NCBI GenBank assembly: GCA_977030845.1
Contig: OZ365118.1
Coordinates: 22,258,001-22,322,000, forward strand
DNA: 64,000 bases
Direction: 5' to 3'
From: Fimbriosthenelais zetlandica
Taxonomy: Eukaryota
The translations under genes and the position numbers were made by a program. Each line of letters starts with the position of its first letter. The first letter of the stretch is position 1. The notes beneath the pieces were generated by a model. It was not told the DNA's origin. It saw only the letters and a list, made by a program, of their open reading frames with translations, and did no database searches. This document shows positions 22,898 to 33,940 of the stretch, in pieces.

Positions 22898-25800
22898 ATG
22901 TGTGATGATGTCTGGCTTGGTTGTTGGTGCGGCCACCTGGAGGCCCTGGTCGGTACTACCAGGACCCATCCTCTCCACCTCAGCTGGCATCATCGGGTAA
23001 GATTCCATTTTAGAGGGAGCTGATTTCTCTTTTTCATGTTGGATCCATCGTGATCCTGATCGTCTCCGTTCACGGTTGGAGGCTGAGGAGGGCCGGGCAC
23101 TGTGTGGGGCGGTCTCCGGGCCCTCCCCGACCTGCTGGGCCATCTCACGGGGCAGGGATTTAGATTTATTCATTACACCAAAGGCTGGTAGCTTCTCATG
23201 ATCCACCTGATCGTCAGGTTTATGTGGGGAGGGGGATCGTTCATGTAGACTAACAGCTGAGTCCATACTACTACTCTCCCTACTACTCAGACTGCCGTAT
23301 TTATCTTTATGAGTACCACTACTCATGGATGAAGTGTCTATACTACTCGAGCTCAGTCTCTTCCCTGTTTTCATCTCAAAGAAGCTGAGGACGGCCATGT
23401 GTTGCATCTTTTTGAGATCAGGGTCTGAGGTTCTGTGTCCGTCCAGGCTGCTGGTACTGGCTGACTGGATGGAACTCCGCCGGCGCTGAAGACTGGAGTC
23501 ATACGGACCACGGAAAACATCGGAGTCAGCTGAGAGTCGGTTATCATTCTCTGAGGGGTCAGACAGGCGGTGTTTAGAGGCCTTCCTGTACTCCTCCATG
23601 GAGGGATCTGATGAGCGGTGTGGGATCTGATCAGGCTCGGCTTTCTTCTGTCTCTGTGTCGGGTCTGATAGTTTATGTTTCCTCTCTCTCATCTCCACCT
23701 CTTGACTCTTCATGTTCTCGATGTTTCGGTTGTGGTCCGCGATCCGTTCTTTAACTGGGCGGATTTGTTCTGATGTTGTTCTGTGTAGTTTTTTGGGAGC
23801 TTCAGTGAGTTTATTAGTGATTGGTTTACTTCCGGTCACGGATGAGCCGTCCTCCTGTGAGAAGTGACCTGAGTCGTAGCGTGTATGTGATTCCCTCATC
23901 ACCTCGTCACCTTTAGCTTTATTGTACCACCGTAAAGGCCGCTCCTCACTCACCTCCCTGATCTCCTGGTAGTTCTTTACGTTACGGCCCACGTTAGATG
24001 ATGACCATGACTTACCGTGGTTACCTAACAGCCGCCGTCCCTGGTCATCTACATTCTCTATCTCATCAAAGATTCCGAAAGCTTTCCTCAGTGAGAGTTT
24101 CTTACTGCGGTCCTGCTTCCTCTTGCCGTCTTCAGTGCGGTCTGGCTTCCGCTTGCCGTCCTCAGTGCGGTCCAGCTTCCTCTTGCCGTCCTCAGTGCGG
24201 TCCAGCTTCCGTTTGCCGTCCTCAGACTGAGCTTTATTATTGGAGCTAGTGTGGCTGGGTTCAGAGCTGCTCGGAGCTGGAGCAGGTTTAGTGGTAGTGG
24301 AGGTGGAGGTGGTGGTAGTTGTGGTCATTGGCTGACCGTTCTCACTTGACCAGTAGTCTTTAGACTGTCTCAGTAATGGTGGGTCCAGTGACCGTCGTCT
24401 CTGTGAGTCTGTCAGGTCGTTTGACATCAGTTGCTGTCTTTGCTGCTGGTTGAGCAGTGAGGAATGTGACAACCCTGACTTGGCCTGATTCCCAAAGAAT
24501 TCTTTAGATAATTTCCTCAGCATTGAAGTCTGACTGAGGGAGTGATCATGAATGGATTGCATGATGGAGTCTCTCAGGTCTTTACTCGGACCACTGTCTC
24601 TACTCTCTGGGTTCTCATATTTCTTGGGACTTTCCTCTCTGATAGTTTCTGGGATTCTCTTTTCTTGTGTCATTTTATCAATGATTGGTGCTGTGCGGTG
24701 AGTGGGCTGCTGGAAGGCACTGGGATCCGCATAGTTATCCTGTATGTGACTGCTGGACATGAGCCTGTCTGTTAACATAGAAGGCTGCACCTGACAGCCC
24801 TGGCTTGACTTCTTATGCTTCCTCCTCTCTAATGTAGACATAGGAGTCACAGACGGTGTCACTGTCACAAGGTCCATGTTCACCTGAATCTCTACATTTC
24901 TGTGTGAGATCTGTTCTTGTGGGGGTGTAACAGGACTGGGGTAGAACTGACCACCCTTCACCACCGGGGCGACCTCAGTCTGAGTACCTGTGTTATAGTA
25001 TGGAGTTTGTCTCACTATTTTTGTACGGCCTGAGCCAGCGTTTGACCACAGTTTGGGGGGCATTGGGGGCGGGGCTGATGATGGGAGGGGCGGGGCTGTC
25101 TGTGGGAGGGGCGGGGCTGTAGTGGGCGGGGATGTATTGGGGAGGGGAGGTGGTATGTTCTGATTATTAGATCCGGGGTATTTAAACAGATCATCCACCG
25201 CAGTGCTGTCACCTGGTGGTAGGATTCTGTCACGTGTCAGTTCCTCATAGTTACCGACCGGCTCGTAGCCGTATCCACGGTACGACGTCTGTGACGTATT
25301 ATACATGTTAGTCATCTCTACGTCCTTCTGGCTGTAGCCCCGCCCCCCATCACCCGCCACGCCATCTACCGCCTGGTTCTGATGGTAATATTTATGATCA
25401 CTTTTCTCCTCCTCGTGTGTATTGAGTCTGGGGTGGTACGAGGCCCACGAGTTTGACCTTGAGCTTGACCTTGACTTATCCTCGTCCTTGGAGTAGTTGG
25501 TCGGCCATGACGGTATCCGCTCGTGGCTTTGACCTGGTTTTAATAAATAACGCCCCCTGGAGTCCTCCCGGGCGGGTGGGAGGGGTGGGGGCGGGGAGGT
25601 CATACACAGCCCAACCCCCGAGTCTTCACTGAGCATCTTATGGTGCTCTATTTTGTCTGATTTAGGTAAAGGCGGTACTTGTGGTGCTTCATTATCAAAG
25701 TCATGAGCATCAAAGCCGTCAGAGACTGTGTGTGAGGGAGGGTAGTTATTATATGAATGACCATACGGTAAGGGAGCAGACTGACCAAGACTGGCCGCAG

Positions 25801-26558
25801 CATTGTTCTTAGCCGCTTCAAAAGCGTCAATATTCTCATAGTTATTAGGTTTGTACGGGGTGGGGCGACTCCAGTACTGGAAGCTACTCTCCTTACTATA
25901 AGCCGACCTGTGATTATTACCATGGTTTCTAATGTCCTGCATGGAGTAGGCTGCGGGCATGTTGTGGTCAAGGGACTGACCATTGTCCGGTGAGAGCAGC
26001 TCAGATTGGGACTGTGAGTAGGACAGGTAGCCACTACTATCAGCACTGTCATCTCTATAAGTCCGTGATCGGGGGGAGTACTTGTCACCCGTCTCTCTCC
26101 CGTATTGTAGTTTGCGCCTGGGTTCTACAGGAGGGGGAGGTGAGGACAGTGAGGGTTGAGAGACAGCATTAGATACTCCTCCATGCCAGGATGCTGAGAC
26201 TGGCATTGTGACACCAGGATGATGGTGGTGGTGGGGCATCCCCGGCCCGCGGGGATCATAGCCCAGGTGACTAGCGCTGCTAGTTTTACCTGGCAGGTGA
26301 CTAGCGCTGCTAGTTTTACCTGGCAGGTTCTGGAGGCTCTGGAAGGCGTTATAACTGCTGGACATGCTGACAGAGTCAGGTGAGCCAGCGCTGAACTGCT
26401 GCAGGCTGGAGCTGGCAGACAGGCTGGGTGGAGATGCTCCCTCCATGGACGGGGTGCGCCGTAACTTATCAGGACTCCGCGGGAGAGACGACCCCGCGTG
26501 ATTGGGGCTGAGGTCGGACTGGTGCCATGACGTGGGGCGCTTACTCGTACTTCTTATA
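22898..26558 (-). CDS. Shroom: Very large internal coding exon (3661 nt, about 1220 aa, phase 2 to 0) of a probable Shroom-family actin/apical-constriction scaffold
   Basis: 1261-aa ORF 22847-26632. Acceptor ccattatttttcag|TATAAG, donor ACACAT|gtaagt. Begins IRSTSKRPTSWHQ, resembling the R-P-x-S-W-H motif that follows the PDZ domain in vertebrate Shroom2/3/4 (recalled, not searched). Also has DSSGYLSYS, many poly-Pro motifs and the ASD1-like DLKKMQHMAVLSFF. Coding status is near certain; family assignment about 0.6 because ASD2 is not in the window. Confidence 0.85.
24106..24225 (-). repeat. In-frame coding tandem repeat, 4 x 30 bp (TEDGKRKLDR-like decapeptide)
   Basis: Units at 24106, 24136, 24166 and 24196; visible in the ORF translation. 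Confidence 0.95.
26264..26327 (-). repeat. In-frame coding duplication, 2 x 30 bp (LPGKTSSASH)
   Basis: caggtgactagcgctgctagttttacctgg occurs twice. Confidence 0.95.
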
Positions 26559-29500
26559 CTGAAAAATAATGGAAAAATACAGATTAAATATAGAGAAAAC
26601 CAGAGAATAGTAGGCATTAAATTTATAGTCACATCAGAAATATGATAAAGGCAGAGGAGATATAGAGAATACTAGAAAAGACAGGACATTAAACAGCGAA
26701 TTATACTAGAAAACAGAGGAGGTTGAACCAGAGAAAGGTGAAATATGGACCGCAGCACATTGACGGCTATTAACAAGTCCAAACATTGAGTGAAGACACA
26801 TTCCTGAGACCAGAATCTAGCTGAGACATTTAACACCTTTACTCTACTATTATAGGCGGGTGGTGAGGGTCATATACAGCCATATACCACAGTCTGAATG
26901 GTTAAAACACCTGATCATTCAACCTATATACTGACAAGCCAGGAAAGGCGATCCTCACACCTACAAACAAGGCCAGGTCCTGGGTGTGAAATAGATATGA
27001 CAGTTCTCTCCAAGCTCTACCTCTCCCTGGATGATTTTATGTTTCTCTCACAGTTCTGGGTGTGATGGGATCTAACTGTAGGAGACCCGGGGTTGAATCT
27101 CACCGGGGATTCTCACACCTGAGACAAGGCCACAGTTCAGGTGACTCGGCCTGAGGAAAAGGTGGTCTATTGTATGCTGCTAACATTGGCTGATGGGCAG
27201 ACCTGATAAATTAGCAGTTTTTTCAGGTTAGATTCAGAGGAAATTGGGGAAAACTTATTTTAGCAGAAATGTGAAAAGCTTACAAACATTCTTGGACTTC
27301 AAGAAGTTCAAAGTAGTAATGCCCTGTCCCAGAAAAAGAGTAGCAAGACTATACAGGAAAGTGGGAATGATCCAGAGTGAATATAACCTTGACTAACATG
27401 GTGCTATAACCAGAGACTCTGCTATAACTGACCTAGTGAAGATGTATCATGTACAAAGGTAATCAATAATATAATCAGAGACGAGTGGATTATAATTAAA
27501 GTTCAGTCAGTGATAAGAGGTGTACATGGAGATAAATGTTGCTATAATGAATATAGCCATGGGTGGGGGGGGGGTAGGGGTAAGGGGGGGGGGGGCTCAC
27601 AGTGATACAGCAAAATAGCCATTAGTAAACACCTCGTATTAAGGGACACTTAAGTGAGCTCTTTTCTGTAGATCCGAGGTCTCAAGCTGCCAAATATGGC
27701 TGAGGAGGGAACATCTCCAAGTATCTTTAACAGTTTCAGGTTGTTGAGGTGTTATATACGCCTCCCTCTGATTAGCAGACACCTCCATATTGTGAACACT
27801 CAGTGCTCAGTACTGGCTCTATAATATACAGTACAGAGGTACGTTAATATGATAATGTAGTCCTGTTTGTGGAGGATATTCCTCCATATTTTAGTGAGAA
27901 TATTTAGCAGCATACCAGACATACAATCATATCCACGTCGCCTACACGCTAAAATCTAAATCCTGTTAGCAGGTAAGCGGGGGGTATTAAAATGATGGCT
28001 CCACTCCACCCACGAGCCTGTCACGCACCCAATACACCAACAAAAAATACACCAAACATTCATCAACAACATATATCATTAATATATTGATATACTGTAT
28101 CTATTAGCATTAAGATCCGCTATATCAGGTTGTACAGTAATATTTCACATTGTCACACTGTTAAGTCACCCCGGGTATAACCAGTAGCTAATTATCGCCA
28201 CATGATGGCCGATACCTGTTGATTCATTGGTATTTTTAGCAACAAATAAAAAAATCCCCCAAACAAAGTTTATATTCTAGATTGGTCGTGTGTTCAGCCC
28301 TCCACCTCCACTGAGACGTATAGTAAACTTTAACATACCTACAGACATCATCAGACGGGATCATTAGAGGAATTTACATTTAATTCTTTCATCTTGAGTA
28401 CAAAGCCAGTGTTTAGTGGGTCCACAAAGCGCACACCGCTCCCATGTTATATCATACTGTACTTACAGCCAGGTAAATGAGGGGATAGATGACTGGTGAT
28501 AACATAGACACAGGGATACCTGTCATCACAGGTAGACTTACCTGTAACTCATTAAACACCTGTAATTAAGCTTACCTTCATTATACCTGACTCATCTAGG
28601 TGTCTATATAGGTGAGGTTCACGACATATGGTAGACTAGATAATGTCTCAGGTAATGTAGCTAAGCTATTCTATCTATTTCAACAGGTATGTCTAATCAC
28701 CCTCCCACGTATGACTTGTAGGAACGTTTTAAGTGAGATTTTGGTATAGAATATCACCATAAACTCTTTCATCAGATTGATCTCTTGGTATAACTCCGGC
28801 CTGTGATCTAATGAAGGTTTTACTGGCATACTTTATATCCTAGCGACAAGGAAGTGAAACAATATGAGGTGGGAATAAGACAATAACACCTGATCACTAA
28901 AATAGATTGTCAGTTAGTCATCACTGACGTACAGGGGGAAAGACTCCATATTCTCAACATTCATGATCATCTATTCTGACACAATAGGTGATATCTATGT
29001 CAGAGGAGTTAAATATTAATACAGCGCGTGAATATTGTATGTAGAACTCACTCCACAATCAATTCACCTCCATCTAGTATATCAATAATATCGACCTGTA
29101 AGGCGCGGGCTGGTCATCACATTCTCTATATGGTTATAACTCTACCAGATCTGTCATCATCTCATTAAAATAACCTGCCTTAACTATGATTTAATGGAGG
29201 ATTCCATCAGATGGACTGGGTGGACAATGCCATGTGACAGGGACAGAGGTTCATGTGAATTTTCTCATGGCTGATGGTCATTTCTGGTCATTTTTGTTTG
29301 GTGTACATGACCATCTGTTGTCCACCTACATCCATACAAGGCTTGTAGGTGGACAGCCAGGTCAGTAAATCATACTGGTATTATATGTTAAATTAATTTG
29401 ATTTAAATGATGAGTAGACATGAGTAAATGATATTAAATATTCCCATGATAAATGTGGGTAGATATTACCTCAAATTAAAGCACAATCTGATAGTTTGAC

Positions 29501-29689
29501 CACACCTTGTCATGAATATTTTTGTGACTAAAATAAATGGATATTTGGTAGGCCTTGTAGGCTGTCAGCCTCACCTGTGACTGTTGGTTTGACTGTCAAG
29601 TACTGTCATCCTACTGACATCCTATAGTACTGCCTGCTGATATCAGGTGACTCCTTCCTACTGCCATCAATCACTGTATGAGCTTCTTA

Positions 29690-29960
29690 TAGCACTGTAT
29701 AGGCTTACAGTACATCACTAGTTATATTATAACTGATATAACTCCACGGTATATCACTGTATAGGCTTACAGTATAGATATAGATCACTTATAGAACTCC
29801 ACAGTACAGCACTAGATAGATACATGTATCACTGCTATAGGCTTACTGTTCACCACTAGATACATATCACTGTATAGGCTTACAGTATATCACTAGGTAC
29901 ATATAAATATCACTCCACAGTATATCACTAGTTATATATCACTTATATAACTCCACAGTC
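29690..29960 (+). repeat. Degenerate tandem repeat (atatcactgtataggcttacagt-like units)
   Basis: Recurring cactgtataggcttacag, cactagttatat and aactccacag blocks; boundaries approximate. Confidence 0.7.
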
Positions 29961-30170
29961 CCACTCGTTATTATGTTGTTGTGTACACGAGGGCTCCTAG
30001 TTATTGTATGACTGGTTTCTGGGCGTACATAATCTAATGTTCCAATCGATGATGAGCCTCCAGCCCAGAAGTTGTCAGCTTTAAATATGAAATCCTCGCA
30101 GCAGATGATGATCAGATCAATACTGATCTGTGACTGAGGCGAGGTGGATACAGGAGGCCACTATATGTAC

Positions 30171-30260
30171 TCATATCATACGTGTAGGTATATTATCATA
30201 TCATACGTGTAAGTATATTATCATATCATACGTGTAGGTATATCATATAGGTATATTATA
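30171..30260 (+). repeat. 25-bp tandem repeat, about 3 copies (tcatatcatacgtgtaggtatatta)
   Basis: Units at 30171, 30196 and 30221. Confidence 0.85.
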
Positions 30261-30629
30261 GAGGAATCCAGGTAGGTGTACACAGACAGGTATAGACAGT
30301 CATGGTAGCTGCCTCACCTGGGAGAATATTGCCCTCCTTTGTTGTCCATACATGTACACGGCAGGTGGGCTAACTCAATGTTAAAGTCAGGGACAGGGCT
30401 GGTTTTATACTAAAATATGATCTAATCCCAAATAATAACTCCTGGTATTGGTTATGTCTGTGTGTGGGTTATTTTCCACGTGTTATGATCGTTATTTGTC
30501 GGTGTAGCGTCTGTGAGCGTCCTCGTCCTGGTAGGATATGAATGTTCTGTGGTCCACCACTCACACACAGCCTGTGTAGGTGTGTGTTTACTGGGTGACA
30601 CGCACGCATGGCCAGGTAGGTGGAAAGGT

Positions 30630-30950
30630 GAATGAAAGGTAGAGAGATAGAGAGAGAACCAGGGACAGAGAACCAGGGGCAGAGACAAGAGACAGATGTA
30701 TAGACAGGGGAACTAGACAGAAGAAAAATGAGTGAGATAGAAATTTGGAAAAAAAATCAAGATGAAAAGAGAAGAAAAGACTTATTTTAAAAAATCAGGA
30801 AAAGGTACAAAAAAATTGAATATCTTCAATAGGAAAAGGGGGCATATACAGGGAAGAAAGGGAATAGATAATGGGGGAAGAGAAAGGAGAAAGATGGGTG
30901 AGAAATTGAGAGGAATGTGGAGGGAGAGGGATAAAGGGGGAGAACAATAG
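30630..30950 (+). repeat. Purine-rich low-complexity tract
   Basis: Strongly A/G-biased on the + strand; explains the K/E/R-rich ORF 30762-30950. Confidence 0.7.
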
Positions 30951-33545
30951 AGCCTTAGTAAAGGCGACTAGGTAACGCTACTATGTCAAGACCTCCACAC
31001 CTGGCCGGGGGTGACAGGGTGGGGTGGGGGGGGGGGGGGGTGACATTCCAGCCATGGCCAGGTGAAGAGATCTCTCACCTACACCTCGTGCAATTGATGG
31101 GACACAACAAGAAGGGCTTCTCACCCAAATTTCAAATCAGTCAAATCTCAGAAATACTGTGATTTTAAAATATCTTGATCAAAGATATTTGACTCATTTT
31201 AAGTCTTAAGACTCAAAAGATTATACCGGGAAATCCCCAAGAAAAAACCCCAAAACCTTGAATTAATCCTGACTCTACCTGAGCCTTTATTAAAGGTGAA
31301 TTAATGCGCCTTCCTCGCCATGTTCCACCTAAACACCTCCCCTCTACATCTCCCCACTCTCAGCTATTTTGCCTCCAGGCCATACGTTTTGAAAGACTCA
31401 CTTAAAAGGCTCAAATTTTCTGTACTAATAGGGACAAGTCCGGGGGGTTCTCTCATTCCTGAAAAGAAGTGTGCCCGGTTTTTCTCTCATCCTTTGTCTC
31501 TAAAACTGGTATCAAGATAGTCAGAGAAATGTTCTTCAAGTCTTTAGTACTATATGACCATGAATCAGCCTTTTCTGCTGATTATTTAGGCTAAAATACA
31601 TTTAAAGCTTTAAATCAGGGGTATACCCTGTTATAGGAATAATCAGCACCCCCACACCTTCTCACCGAGGACTGGGTTCAGGGGGTTTTCAGGCTCCTTT
31701 CAGTCAGAATTAGTCATGATGATCACAGCTTAAAAGATGGACACAGCTGAGCAGACAAAAAGAGCAATCAATAATACACCCATCCAGGGGCTTCCCCTCC
31801 TACCTGCTGACTCTGAGCAATGTCACATTTCTGATTACAAAAAGGTCACTTAGTACATGTATTCTCAAAATGTCAGGTCTCTATTTTTGAAAATTCATCA
31901 AGAGTTTGAAAAAAGTTTGATCAAGGTATTCTGTTATGGTTGGAGGGGTTTAGGAGCGGAGATGCATGTCTCGTTTGGTCGTTGCTATTTTCTGAGACAG
32001 ACACAAAAGACATGAGACTCACACGAGCAGAAAGAGGAAGAAAGGGAAATAAAGGACATATTTCTCAGATTTTACAGCCATGCTTGTGTTCACACATGGT
32101 ATGTACACATGCATGCACACACAGAATCACACATGCCAGGACGAGGACCAGGCCTTGTCCACCCTTCCCCACCCCTCACCCTGCCTCCCTTCACCCTGCC
32201 TCCTCTCATCCTTCATCTTTTGTTACATATAGACTGGTCCATCATCAGCTGACCTAACGTCTGGGCTAACGTCAGGGGAGGACGTCTGAACGTCAAACAA
32301 ACAGACGTACAGAGAAGTAAATAGGACAAGGAGGGTGACAGTCGCGCGATGCGTATTATCTCTACTACTTACAATGCCAATATCCCTAATGTCAATGCAG
32401 GTGTTCCCTGCTACAGAAATAGCGAGGTGGGGTGGGGTGAACAAATGGATGAAAGATCGGAGATAAAATATTGATGTTTCCTATTAAAATGACAGTCTAA
32501 TTTTACCTTATATGTAGGCTATATTTGTAGCACTAACTCAGATGAAAGCCTAATTCGTCACTGAGTCACTATGGATACTTTTGCCGTTAATTAAGATTTA
32601 AGTTGATTAACTTTTCTAACGTGATCACAGTACATTCTAGAAGGAACGTGTCATGACAAATCAAGAAGTCAGTCATAACGATGGCACGAGTATAGGGTAT
32701 CTTCATACCGTGATTCATAGAGGCTAAAAAAGCCACAGTCACTGACGACAGTAACAAACACCCAGAAACACCATACATACATGTAATGTATACAATATAC
32801 GGTTAATAATCGACATACATGTAATGTGTGAATACATGTAAGGTTAATAATCTACCACATATAGCCTCACAGCATGTCTGGGCGGGGCATGTCTGGTAAG
32901 GTATTGTAATAACTGTCCGAGCATTCACAATCCTCAATAGTCAAAATCCAATTAATATTTGATGTTGATTTATATTATGACAGCTTCATATCTTCATCTA
33001 ACTTCTGTCAGATGTTCGGATTTTATTCTTTTTAACGTTGAACACAGACTTTAACATCAGTCACTGCGGCCCGTCTCAGGAATGTGGGGGACATTCCGCT
33101 ATTATCGCTCAGTCAACTATTTCCCTTATCATTTTTTCTCGGTGACTTTGTTTCCGCCCCAGCACCTGGCTACTTGTCTTGCTGTGAACAATTTGTCAAC
33201 TCTATCAAGATGGAAATAATTCAAAGTTCATTATAAGAATATGAAGGACTTATGTGACATCTTGCATTCCACAATCAATGAATTAAATTCAATATATTTG
33301 GGTATAATTAATGAGGAATCAATTTCCCCTTCCCACAAGTCACACCTGGATGTGTTGCTAGGTGAAGGGTAAGTTCCCGGATGTGGGCAGGGTAAACCAC
33401 GTGATATACATCATCTAATGACGCCCTCTATTGTGTGGAGCACACATTATAATGAGATAGATCAGTAGAGGAATCATTGATGGCGGAAGTCTTACCTGCC
33501 GCGCCCTCTACCGTTAATAATTAACATTCACTGTTAATAATGTGT

Positions 33546-33630
33546 AACCACAGCAACCAGGCATGTAGGTGTAACCACAGCAACCAGGCATGTAGGTGGA
33601 ACCACAGCAACCAGGCATGTAGGTGGAACC
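33546..33630 (+). repeat. 27-bp tandem repeat x3 (aaccacagcaaccaggcatgtaggtgt)
   Basis: Units at 33546, 33573 and 33600. Confidence 0.92.
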
Positions 33631-33870
33631 ATGACCAGACCAATCAACCACAGACATGGTGGTGGGAATCATAGAGGAAGGTCATATCATACTCCACAAG
33701 TCAAAGCCCAGACAAACATAGTAATAAGCCATGTCATGTCTACGTTAATATCTAAACATATCCAGCATAATATATTTAATCACATTTTCTGTTTTTTTTG
33801 TCACTATTTTTGTTTCCCACGCCAGCAGTACGTCCCTCACACACCTGCAGGCCCCTCACAAGTTCCTGTG

Positions 33871-33940
33871 GTCACGTGGAAGTTGTCATGGGAACAATCG
33901 TCAAATCACGTGACATTCCTTGACCTGTCTCTATGGCAAC
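33871..33940. promoter_or_regulatory. Candidate enhancer module: CACGTG / X-box / CACGTG / X-box
   Basis: CACGTG 33873-33878, GTTGTCATGGGAAC 33882-33895, CACGTG 33907-33912, GTCTCTATGGCAAC 33927-33940. Confidence 0.4.

Noticed and set aside
32223-32444. Minus-strand ORF ending at a possible phase-2 donor (TAT|gtaaca) as another alternative first exon
   Set aside because: Weak donor, no good start context, and the sequence is better explained by the ACGT motif cluster.
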